The translations under genes were made by a program, and so were the position numbers. This document shows positions 18,781 through 26,870 of a stretch of 64,000 nucleotides of DNA, piece after piece. Position 1 is the stretch's first letter. Each line of letters begins with the position of its first letter. The notes below the pieces were generated by a model. That model did no database searches. It saw nothing but the letters and a program-made list of their open reading frames with translations, and had not been told where the DNA came from. This stretch comes from Povalibacter sp. (lineage in GTDB: Bacteria > Pseudomonadota > Gammaproteobacteria > Steroidobacterales > Steroidobacteraceae), in contig NZ_DATDJO010000016.1 of the NCBI RefSeq assembly GCF_036520495.1, forward strand, positions 971-64,970, in the 5' to 3' direction.

Positions 18781-19545
18781 TCAGATCTCGATGTTCTTCA
18801 CATAGTCGCTGACGAAGCTCTGCACACGTCCGGCGATCACATCCTTGTCCGCCTTCAGGCGCTCCGCCGTAGTCGCAAGTGCCGCCGTGCTCTTGCGCAG
18901 CTCGGCCTTCTGGTTCGAGAACTTGAAGAACAGCACCTGCGTGATCGATTTCTCCGCAGTGACGCTACAGGCCAGCAGCGAAATGACCGGCTGCCCGTGT
19001 GCGTCGGCATCGATATAGCTGATCTGGAACTTCGCGCCGCTGGCGTGCTGGCTCGACTGATCGAACAGCGTGATCCACGGCGTCTGCGCATCCATTTCAT
19101 TCAGACCCTGCAACACCGACACGACCAGCGACGTGGCTGCAGCGGCCGGCCCCAGCATGGCGGTCAGCACCGGAATGATCGCCTTGTGCACGCCGAGATT
19201 CCGGTTGTTCACTTCCTGGACCTGTTCTTCGCTGGCGTGGACCGTCCAACCGATGTTGCTCAGCACATCGCGATACTTGCGATGCCAGTCGAACACCGAA
19301 CCCGCCTGGGCGTTGGCCTTGTTGGCTGCGAGCTGCGCGAGCAGCATGGAATTGGCGATCAGCGGGCGCAGCTCGGTTGCGACGGACGGGCTGAACTCCG
19401 CCAGTTGCGCCCCCACCGTGACGACTTCCTGATGATCCGTGAACTGCGGCAGCGCAGGCGGCGCGGCACTTTCGAACTGCGGCCCGAGATCGGGCAGATC
19501 CAGCGCCACGACAAAATCGCGAATGAACTGTGCGGAGCGGCTCAT
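18781..19545 (-). CDS. Hypothetical protein (orphan, 254 aa)
   Basis: Clean ORF with normal amino-acid composition, convergent with the protease gene. The stop codons are 8 nt apart. I recognise no motif, TM segment or signal peptide. Confidence 0.55.
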   Translation of the reverse strand: MSRSAQFIRDFVVALDLPDLGPQFESAAPPALPQFTDHQEVVTVGAQLAEFSPSVATELRPLIANSMLLAQLAANKANAQAGSVFDWHRKYRDVLSNIGWTVHASEEQVQEVNNRNLGVHKAIIPVLTAMLGPAAAATSLVVSVLQGLNEMDAQTPWITLFDQSSQHASGAKFQISYIDADAHGQPVISLLACSVTAEKSITQVLFFKFSNQKAELRKSTAALATTAERLKADKDVIAGRVQSFVSDYVKNIEI

Positions 19546-19654
19546 GCGTATCCCGGGAAGCTGCAGTGCTGATAGCGCTCGAGCTTACGCCCGCAAACGG
19601 AAATGAGGCCAGCGCGAAAATTGGCAGTGGGACTTTCGATTCGACGTCACAGAA

Positions 19655-19766
19655 AGGGACTCTCCACGAGGTACACGGGGAGACACGGGGTGGAAGAATC
19701 GCATTCTTGGTGTTTCCTTCCCCGTGTCCCCCCGTGTCCCCCGTGGAAATCTTCGATTCTTTCTCC
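19655..19766. repeat. Intergenic palindromic repeat, family A copy 3
   Basis: CTCTCCACGAGGTACACGGGGAGACACGGGGTGGAAGAATCGC|ATTCTTGG...CCCCGTGTCCCCCCGTGTCCCCCGTGGAAATCTTCGATTCTTTCTCC. Near-perfect long hairpin centred on AAGAATcgcATTCTT. Confidence 0.8.
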
Positions 19767-19785
19767 GCTGATGCCACTGCAAGTG

Positions 19786-20598
19786 CTAGAACCGCAACCG
19801 CCACTGCAACGTCGCGCCGCCGTCGGCGGCCTGCATGGCCAGCGATGTGCCGCTGCCCTGTTCAAGTCCCAGGAATGCGTCGTTGAAGAATGAGGCAAGG
19901 AAGTTGCCGATCGCCATACCGACCAGCGTGTCGGACGGATAGTGCCAGCCCGCTTCGATGCGTGCCCAGGACGTGCCGAGCGTGAGCGCTGTCAGCCCGG
20001 CGTCGGCGGCGCCGCGCCAGCCGTCGCTCATGTCGATGGATTGCAGATTGCGCGACGCCAGGCGCGTATGCACGGCCGAGGCCGAGGTGTGCCCGGACGG
20101 GAAGCTCGCACTGTCGTCACCGTTCGGTCGCTCGCGATCGGCGACATCCTTCAGGCCGTTGGTGACCAGCACCGTGGAACTCACCGCCGCGATGCCGACC
20201 AGCGTTCCCTTGGCCTTGTTGACGAGCCAATCGCCAGCGTCCGGTCCACTCGGAGTCGCCGCGATCGTAATGTAGTGAGCGAGCGCCGAGGCATTGCGCA
20301 GATCGTCACTCCAGTTCTCGGCATTGCGTTGTGAGCCAAAGACCGGCGTATGGTCGCGTGCCCAATCGGAGGTGCGCCGATCCCAGTCATCGATCTGGAA
20401 GACCGCGGCACCGACGAGCGGCGCCCAGACCCAGGGATCTTTCGCGGCAATGGTCGCGGCACTGCGTACGCGATCCCAGCCGGGGGCGATGGTCGCGTCT
20501 TCGCCCCAGTCGCGGCCATTGGGAAGCGTGGCGCAGCCGGTGATGCTGCAACACAGTAGTACGAATGAGGCTCGTGAGACGCAGGTTGAGCGGTTCAT
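19786..20598 (-). CDS. PAP2-family (acid) phosphatase lipoprotein
   Basis: Lipobox LLCCSITGCA. PAP2 motifs DRERPNG, SFPSGHTS, SWARIEAGWHYPSD. Confidence 0.8.
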   Translation of the reverse strand: MNRSTCVSRASFVLLCCSITGCATLPNGRDWGEDATIAPGWDRVRSAATIAAKDPWVWAPLVGAAVFQIDDWDRRTSDWARDHTPVFGSQRNAENWSDDLRNASALAHYITIAATPSGPDAGDWLVNKAKGTLVGIAAVSSTVLVTNGLKDVADRERPNGDDSASFPSGHTSASAVHTRLASRNLQSIDMSDGWRGAADAGLTALTLGTSWARIEAGWHYPSDTLVGMAIGNFLASFFNDAFLGLEQGSGTSLAMQAADGGATLQWRLRF

Positions 20599-20650
20599 TG
20601 GACAGGATTCTACAACCGGCCCGCGGCGTCGTTCTCGGCTTCAGCGGAAC

Positions 20651-20708
20651 CACAAGACCGTGACCGCAAGGGAATCGGTCTTTCGCGGCCCCTGTCCCTT
20701 CTGGCCAG
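20651..20708. repeat. Intergenic repeat, family D copy 3
   Basis: AAGACCG-TGACCGCAAGGGAAT-CGGTCTT-TCGCGGCCCC. The reverse complement matches D1 (GGGCCGCGAAAGACCG ... TGACCGCAAGG). Confidence 0.65.
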
Positions 20709-20709
20709 G

Positions 20710-21921
20710 CTACTCGTGCCGCAACGCTTCGATCGGATCGAGCTGCGCAGCGCGTCGGGCCGGGAAGTAACCGAAAACGATGCCCACCGCCGCCGAGAAC
20801 GTGAATGAAAGAATCACGATCGAGGGATTCAGCACGAACGGTACATTGAAGGCATTGGTGGCGAGTGCGCCGGCCGTAAGTCCGAGGACGATGCCAATCA
20901 GACCGCCGAGTGCGGCGAGCACTACGGCTTCGACCAGGAACTGCAGCAGCACGTCGCGCGCCATCGCACCGACGGCGAGCCGCGTGCCGATCTCACGCGT
21001 GCGCTCAGTGACCGAGACCAGCATGATGTTCATGATGCCGACGCCGCCGACGATGAGGCTGACGGCGGCGACCGCACCAAGCAACGCCGTCAACACACGC
21101 GTCGAACTGGTGAAGGTGCTGGCGACTTCCTTCAGATCGCGAACATTGAAATTGTCGCTCGTACCGGCGCGGACCTTGCGGCGCTCGCGCAGCAGGTTCT
21201 CGAGGTCCTTCTGCACCTTCTCCGTCGACACGCCGTCGCGCGCCGACACGAGAATGGCACCCACATCGGAGTTGCCGGCCATGCGCCGTTGCAGCGTACG
21301 CAATGGAATCACCACCAGATCGTCCTGATCCTGACCGAAGCCCGACTGCCCTTTCGTCTCCAGCAGGCCGATGACATTGCACGAGAGTTTGCCGAGACGG
21401 ATCGTGGCGCCGATCGGATCCTGATTCTCGAACAGCTCGCGGCGCACGGTATTGCCGATGATGCAGACAGCGGCGCCGGCGCGCAGCTCCGATTCCGAGA
21501 AGTTGCGACCCGCGGCGAGCGCCCAGTCGCGCACCTGAAGGAATTTGTCGGTGGTGCCGGTCACCTGCGTCTGCCAGTTGTTGTTGCCGTAGATCGCCTG
21601 CGCACTGCTGTTCGATGAAGGCGCAACTGCCGCGACTCCGGAAATCTGGTTCTCGATCGCCTGCACGTCGGCAAGTTCGAAGGGCGGCGCTGCGACCCGT
21701 GCGCCCCCGGGACCGCCGAATCCCTGGCCGCGAAAGACCTGCAACAGGTTCGTGCCAAGCTTGCTGATGTCGGCCTGCACCTGCGCCGTGGCGCCCTCGC
21801 CGATCGTGACCATGGTGATCACCGCCGCAACGCCGATGACGATGCCGAGTATGGTCAGCGAAGACCGCAGCACGTTGCGGCGGATTTCGCGCAGGGCGAG
21901 GATGATGGCGTTCAGGAACAT
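20710..21921 (-). CDS. ABC transporter permease, MacB/FtsX type
   Basis: N-terminal TM (LRSSLTILGIVIGVAAVITMV), large periplasmic domain, then a C-terminal FtsX 3-TM bundle (TREIGTRLAVGA..D). Start trimmed to MFLNAIILAL at 21921. The upstream part of the track ORF reads through repeat C2. Confidence 0.85.
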   Translation of the reverse strand: MFLNAIILALREIRRNVLRSSLTILGIVIGVAAVITMVTIGEGATAQVQADISKLGTNLLQVFRGQGFGGPGGARVAAPPFELADVQAIENQISGVAAVAPSSNSSAQAIYGNNNWQTQVTGTTDKFLQVRDWALAAGRNFSESELRAGAAVCIIGNTVRRELFENQDPIGATIRLGKLSCNVIGLLETKGQSGFGQDQDDLVVIPLRTLQRRMAGNSDVGAILVSARDGVSTEKVQKDLENLLRERRKVRAGTSDNFNVRDLKEVASTFTSSTRVLTALLGAVAAVSLIVGGVGIMNIMLVSVTERTREIGTRLAVGAMARDVLLQFLVEAVVLAALGGLIGIVLGLTAGALATNAFNVPFVLNPSIVILSFTFSAAVGIVFGYFPARRAAQLDPIEALRHE

Positions 21922-21928
21922 GGAAGCC

Positions 21929-22066
21929 AGTTGATAGTGGCGGGTTGAAAGTGGATAGCGAAAGACCGTCGGCACCGCGGTTCGAATCGCAACACCTGAG
22001 GAAGGCTGGACGTCATCGATCTCATTCAATCACTCCGCGTCGCTCTCAACTATCCACTATCAACTC
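21929..22066. repeat. Intergenic palindromic repeat, family C copy 2 (inside the macAB-type operon)
   Basis: Left arm AGTTGATAGTGGCGGGTTGAAAGTGGATAGCGAAAG, right arm CGCTCTCAACTATCCACTATCAACTC, unique spacer of about 75 nt. Lies between the ATPase stop (22065) and the permease ATG (21921). Confidence 0.8.
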
Positions 22067-22793
22067 AGACGGTGCTGCGCACCGGCCGATTCTGCTCGTC
22101 GCTTTCGATCGAACCGTCGCGAAACCGCACTATGCGCCGGGTCCACGCCGCGATATCCGGTTCGTGCGTCACCATCGCAATGGTGATGCCGCGCTCCTCG
22201 TTGAGCACAGTCAGGACTTTCATGATTTCGACGCTGGTGGCCGTGTCGAGGTTGCCCGTCGGCTCGTCGGCGAAGAGTACTCGCGGTTCCGAAACGATCG
22301 CACGTGCGATCGCGACGCGCTGCTGCTGGCCGCCAGACAGCTCGCTCGGAACGTGCGTCTCACGTCCGCTCAGACCCACTTCGCGCAGCGCCTTGCGTGC
22401 TCGCTCATGACGCTCTTCCTTCGACACGTGTCGATACACCAGCGGCAGTTCGACATTCTCGAGGGCGCTGGTGCGGCTCAGCAGGTTGAATCCCTGGAAC
22501 ACGAAGCCAAGGTAGTTGCGTCGGAGCAGCGCCCGCTGATCGGCGGTCATGGTGCCGACCGGCACGCCGAGAAACCGGTAGTTGCCGCTGGTCGGCGTGT
22601 CGAGACAGCCCAGGATATTCATACACGTCGATTTGCCACCGCCGCTCGGTCCCATCACGGCCACGAACTCGCCAGCGTGGATGCGCAAGTCGATGCCGCG
22701 CAGCGCGCGCACCTCGCCTTCGCCATGGCCATAGACCTTGGTGACCTGCGAGAGGTCGATGATGGGTTGCGGCGCTTCAGGCATGCCGGTCAT
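22065..22793 (-). CDS. ABC transporter ATP-binding protein (MacB/LolD type)
   Basis: Walker A GPSGGGKST, signature LSGGQQQRVAIARA, Walker B LFADEPTGNLD. Confidence 0.9.
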   Translation of the reverse strand: MTGMPEAPQPIIDLSQVTKVYGHGEGEVRALRGIDLRIHAGEFVAVMGPSGGGKSTCMNILGCLDTPTSGNYRFLGVPVGTMTADQRALLRRNYLGFVFQGFNLLSRTSALENVELPLVYRHVSKEERHERARKALREVGLSGRETHVPSELSGGQQQRVAIARAIVSEPRVLFADEPTGNLDTATSVEIMKVLTVLNEERGITIAMVTHEPDIAAWTRRIVRFRDGSIESDEQNRPVRSTV

Positions 22794-24211
22794 GACTTCG
22801 GTAGTTCGGCATCGACGATGACGGCGCTGCCAGGTTCCAGCTTGCGTGCGCGTGCCTGCTTCATACGCTCGGCGACTTCTGGCGGCATGTTGCTCATGCG
22901 TTGCGCATCGTCCGGCGTATCGGGTAACTGCAGCACCTGTGTCATGCGCCCGTCCGTCGGGCCGGTCCGGAACATGACCATCGCCGGCTTGCCGTTCTCG
23001 AGGATCCAGGCGCGTCCCACACGACGATTGGCACCCTGTTGTTGACCCCCTGAACCACCCATGCGACGCGGCATCTGCGGAATGATGGCCGTCAGGGCGC
23101 TGCGCTGCGCTGGCGCTGCGCCGGTAGCGTCTGCGTCCTCGGGAGTGAAGCGTAGGGCCGCATTGGGAATGAGGACGGCGTCGGGAATATTGGTCGTGAC
23201 GATCTCCGCCGTCGCGGTCATGCCGGGGCGCAGCAGCAACTCGCTGTTGTCGACTTCCAGGACGGTTTCATACGTCACCACACCCGTGGACGTCGCGCTC
23301 GACGCGCCGCTGCTCGTCGAGGACGAACTCTTCTGCGTGTTGTTGGACGCGAAATGCACCTGCGTGATATGCGCGGAAAAACGTCGATTGGGAAACGCAT
23401 CGACGGTGAAGGTCGCGCTCTGGCCGTTTTCCACGGCGCCGACGTCGGCTTCATCGACCGCTACGTGCAGCTCCATTTTCCTCAGATCTTCGGCGAGCGT
23501 GAACAGCACCGGCGCCTGCAGGGACGAGGCGACCGTCTGACCCGGCTCCACGGAACGCACCAGCACCACTCCATTGATGGGCGAGCGGATCTCGGCCTTG
23601 GACAGATCGGTCAGCACGGTTTCGAGACTGGCTTTGGCCTGCTCGACGGAAGCTTTCGCTGCGGCCAACTCACCCTTGGATTGCGCGACCGACGCTTCGG
23701 CCACGTCGAGATCCTGCTGCGAAGGAATCTTGTTGTTGCTGAGCTCACGGACCTTGAGCAGGCGCTGATAGTTCGCCGTCGACTGCTTTTCGCCGGCATT
23801 GGCCTGCAGCACGCGGGCTTCTGCCGAGGCCAGTGAGCTGCGTGCCTGCAGCACCTGCGCATTGAGTCGCGTCGTATCGAGCACGGCGAGCAGCTCGCCT
23901 TTCTTGACGACGTCGTTCACATCGACGTTGACGGCACGCACGGTGCCCGACAGTTCGACGCCGATGTCGACCTGGTTGCGCGGCTCGAGGTTGCCCGTAG
24001 CCGTTACCGTGACAGTGAGATCGCCCTGGGTGACTTCCTGCGTGACGTAGTATGGCTGACGCGAGCCGCCACGATTCAGCAAGTAGTAGCCGATGAGCAG
24101 CACCACGAACGCGGCGATGATCCATTTGAGCCAGCGCTGCCAGGGCTGCCGTGGACGCGTGCCGTACTGCAGCGTCTGCGCGACGTCGTTGTTGGTCGTA
24201 ACTGTATCCAT
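22790..24211 (-). CDS. Efflux periplasmic adaptor (MacA/HlyD family)
   Basis: N-terminal TM, lipoyl/barrel blocks (G.V..V.V..GD.VKKGELLA.LD) and a long coiled coil. ATGA overlap with the ATPase gene. Start trimmed to MDTVTTNN at 24211. Confidence 0.85.
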   Translation of the reverse strand: MDTVTTNNDVAQTLQYGTRPRQPWQRWLKWIIAAFVVLLIGYYLLNRGGSRQPYYVTQEVTQGDLTVTVTATGNLEPRNQVDIGVELSGTVRAVNVDVNDVVKKGELLAVLDTTRLNAQVLQARSSLASAEARVLQANAGEKQSTANYQRLLKVRELSNNKIPSQQDLDVAEASVAQSKGELAAAKASVEQAKASLETVLTDLSKAEIRSPINGVVLVRSVEPGQTVASSLQAPVLFTLAEDLRKMELHVAVDEADVGAVENGQSATFTVDAFPNRRFSAHITQVHFASNNTQKSSSSTSSGASSATSTGVVTYETVLEVDNSELLLRPGMTATAEIVTTNIPDAVLIPNAALRFTPEDADATGAAPAQRSALTAIIPQMPRRMGGSGGQQQGANRRVGRAWILENGKPAMVMFRTGPTDGRMTQVLQLPDTPDDAQRMSNMPPEVAERMKQARARKLEPGSAVIVDAELPKS

Positions 24212-24216
24212 GATGT

Positions 24217-25659
24217 TCAGGGTGCTTCGTTGGAGGCGGTCGCCGGCGGCGGAAAGACCGACCAGCCGCCGCCGAGTGCCTTGTAGAGTCGAATCAGATT
24301 GGAGGTCATTTCGCCGTCGCTCACGGCCAGCGCGTCCTCCGCGGAGATCAGCTGCCGGTCGGCCGTCAGCACGGTCTGGAAATCCACCAACCCCGAGTTG
24401 TACTGCATGAGTGCAAGTTCGCTCGCCAGTCTCGCGCTTCCGGCGGAATCGATCAGCGCGGCGTGACGGCGCTGTTCGTTGACCCACTGCGTCAAGGAGT
24501 TTTCGACTTCTTCGTAGGCGGCGAGCACCGTGGCCTCGTACGTGGCGAGCGCCTGGTCCACCTGCGCATTGGTGGCCTTGATGTTCTGGCGCAGCGCGCC
24601 TGCGCTGAAGATTGGCATGCTCAGGGACAGGCCGTAACGGGTGGCCTCGAGTCCACCCGAGAACAGATCGCTCGCCACGGCGGCCGTGACGCCGATGGAG
24701 CCGCTGAGCGAGAGCCTCGGATACAACTCGGCCGTCGCCACGCCAACCTGCGCCGTCTGCGCGGCAAGGCGTCGTTCGGCCGCGCGAATATCGGGCCGGC
24801 GGCGCATCACATCGGCCGGGACGCTCGACACCACCTCGGCCGGCGCCACGGGAATCGGTTTGCGCTCGGCGAGGATCTGTTCGAGGGAGCCCGGTGTCTG
24901 ACCCGTCAGTACGGCGAGTCGGTTCTTGCCGGCTTCGAGCGCTGAATCAAGCGATGGCAAGGCGGCGAGCGTCGTCGAATAACTGCTCTTGGCCTGCTCG
25001 ACGTCGAGCACTGTGGCCAGGCCGGCGTCTGCGCGCCACGTAGTGATGTCGACCACTTCGCGTTGCGATTCCAGATTGCGCTCGGCATACGAGAGTCGCG
25101 ATTGCGAGGTGCGCACATCGACGTAGGCCAATGCGACTTCACCGAGCAGCGACACCAGCACGTCGCGCAGATCGGCATCGACAGCGGCGAGCTGTGCCGT
25201 CGACGACTCGAAGGCGCGGCGCTGGCCGCCGAACAGATCGATTTCCCAGCTCGCATCGACGCCGCCGTCCCAGGTTTCCCGATCACCGGAGACGTCGGAA
25301 TCCGAACGACTGCCGCCCGCAGACGCACCGACGGCCGGCCAGAAGGACGCGCCGGAAATGGCACGTCGCGCACGCGCTTCGACGACCCGGGCCTGAGCCT
25401 GCTTGACGGTCCGGTTCTCGGCGAGCGCCTGGTCGATGAGTTGATTCAGTGTGGGGTCGTCGAGCACCGTCCACCAGCTGGCCAGCAAAGGGGCTTCAAC
25501 GTTGTCCGTTCGCACGCCAGTCTGTGGCTGCGAATGCCACTCATCGGGAACCGCCATGTCCGGAGCGCGATAGTCCGGCCCGACGGCACACGCCGTCAGC
25601 CAGCACGTCAGCGACAGGCAACCTATGTTTCTACCGATTCTGGAGTTCAGAAAATCCAA
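24217..25659 (-). CDS. Efflux outer-membrane factor lipoprotein, NodT family
   Basis: Lipobox LTACAVGPDYRAP, duplicated OEP repeats, 480 aa. Confidence 0.85.
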   Translation of the reverse strand: MDFLNSRIGRNIGCLSLTCWLTACAVGPDYRAPDMAVPDEWHSQPQTGVRTDNVEAPLLASWWTVLDDPTLNQLIDQALAENRTVKQAQARVVEARARRAISGASFWPAVGASAGGSRSDSDVSGDRETWDGGVDASWEIDLFGGQRRAFESSTAQLAAVDADLRDVLVSLLGEVALAYVDVRTSQSRLSYAERNLESQREVVDITTWRADAGLATVLDVEQAKSSYSTTLAALPSLDSALEAGKNRLAVLTGQTPGSLEQILAERKPIPVAPAEVVSSVPADVMRRRPDIRAAERRLAAQTAQVGVATAELYPRLSLSGSIGVTAAVASDLFSGGLEATRYGLSLSMPIFSAGALRQNIKATNAQVDQALATYEATVLAAYEEVENSLTQWVNEQRRHAALIDSAGSARLASELALMQYNSGLVDFQTVLTADRQLISAEDALAVSDGEMTSNLIRLYKALGGGWSVFPPPATASNEAP

Positions 25660-26054
25660 CGATGTTCCTTCCCGGGTGGCGGCACGGTCACAGTCCTCGC
25701 GGAATGCCGCGGCATGATGACCAAGTCATCCTGGACCGTTTGCGACGAAGTGTTACCGATCGTAAAAGTGCAGGTTCCTGAAATTACGTGAATTTCCAGT
25801 CATCTCGCCGAGCTTTGCCTATGGCAGGCGACGGCCCGCGTTGCGCAGGATGGCTGACGCAGGAGGGCCAGACCTGGAAAGAATGCTTGCCACAATGACA
25901 CTCACGAACTGCGCAGTCATGCGCCCGATCGTCGCTGAACCTGCCGCCGGCCGTCTCCTGCTGCGTCTGCAGCCTTCCCGACGAAGGCTGCCGTCTGATT
26001 TTCGATCACAGTTCATGCCGGTATGCTGCGTCCCGCTGACGATCTTTCAAGCCT

Positions 26055-26870
26055 ATGAGTACATCCACCGTGTCGACGCTCCTTGCTGAAATTTCCCGGA
26101 TCGCGCGCAACGCGGGCGACGAGATTCTCGACGTCTATCGACAGCCCATCGATGTCGAGAGCAAGAAGGACAGCTCGCCGCTGACACAGGCCGATCTGCG
26201 CGCCCACGCGGTGATCATGCAAGGTCTCGCCGCACTGACCCCGGATACGCCGGTGCTCTCGGAAGAAGCGAGCGACATCGGCTTCGACGTCCGCAGTCAG
26301 TGGCGTCGCTACTGGCTGGTCGATCCGCTCGACGGGACCAGGGAATTCATCTCGCGCAATGGCGAGTTCACGGTGAACATCGCGCTCATCGAGGATCATG
26401 AGCCGGTGCTGGGTGTGGTGCACGTGCCGGTGAAGAACTCGACGTTTTCGGGCGCACGCGGCGCAGGCGCATTTCTCCAGTCAGGCGAGAGTTCGCCGGT
26501 GCGAATCGCGGTGCGGACCCCGGCGGCGACGCCGTTGCGTGTCGTCGGCAGTCGTTCGCATGCGAGCGTCGGTCCGCTGGAGGCGTACCTCGACAAGCTG
26601 GGCGCTCATACGCTGCTCAGCGTCGGCAGTTCGCTCAAGTTCTGTTTCGTCGCAGAAGGCAGTGCCGATTTCTATCCCCGCTTCGGCCCGACCAGTGAAT
26701 GGGATACGGCAGCGGCGCACGCCGTCGTCGACGCTGCTGGTGGCGCAGTCGTGGACCTGCAGGGTCAGCCGCTGCGCTACAACACCAGGGACAGTTTGCT
26801 GAACCCGCACTTCCTGGTGTTCGGCGATCGCACTCGCGACTGGGTGGGTGTGCTCAGGTCCATCGCCTGA
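26055..26870 (+). CDS. cysQ: 3'(2'),5'-bisphosphate nucleotidase
   Basis: Inositol-monophosphatase fold motifs: LSEE, WLVDPLDGTREF, GSSLKF, WDTAAAHAV. Confidence 0.85.
   Translation: MSTSTVSTLLAEISRIARNAGDEILDVYRQPIDVESKKDSSPLTQADLRAHAVIMQGLAALTPDTPVLSEEASDIGFDVRSQWRRYWLVDPLDGTREFISRNGEFTVNIALIEDHEPVLGVVHVPVKNSTFSGARGAGAFLQSGESSPVRIAVRTPAATPLRVVGSRSHASVGPLEAYLDKLGAHTLLSVGSSLKFCFVAEGSADFYPRFGPTSEWDTAAAHAVVDAAGGAVVDLQGQPLRYNTRDSLLNPHFLVFGDRTRDWVGVLRSIA

Noticed and set aside
18781-19545. Calling the 254-aa orphan a bacterial gasdermin
   Set aside because: Only its size and its proximity to a protease fit. I see no recognisable gasdermin sequence features or N-terminal Cys, and the gene is convergent, not co-oriented, with the protease. 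It is left as a hypothesis to test structurally.
25969-25991. Hairpin GCAGCCTT-cccgacg-AAGGCTGC upstream of cysQ as a terminator or sRNA end
   Set aside because: The stem is 8 bp with only a weak, interrupted T-tract (tgattttcg), and there is no convincing upstream transcription unit.
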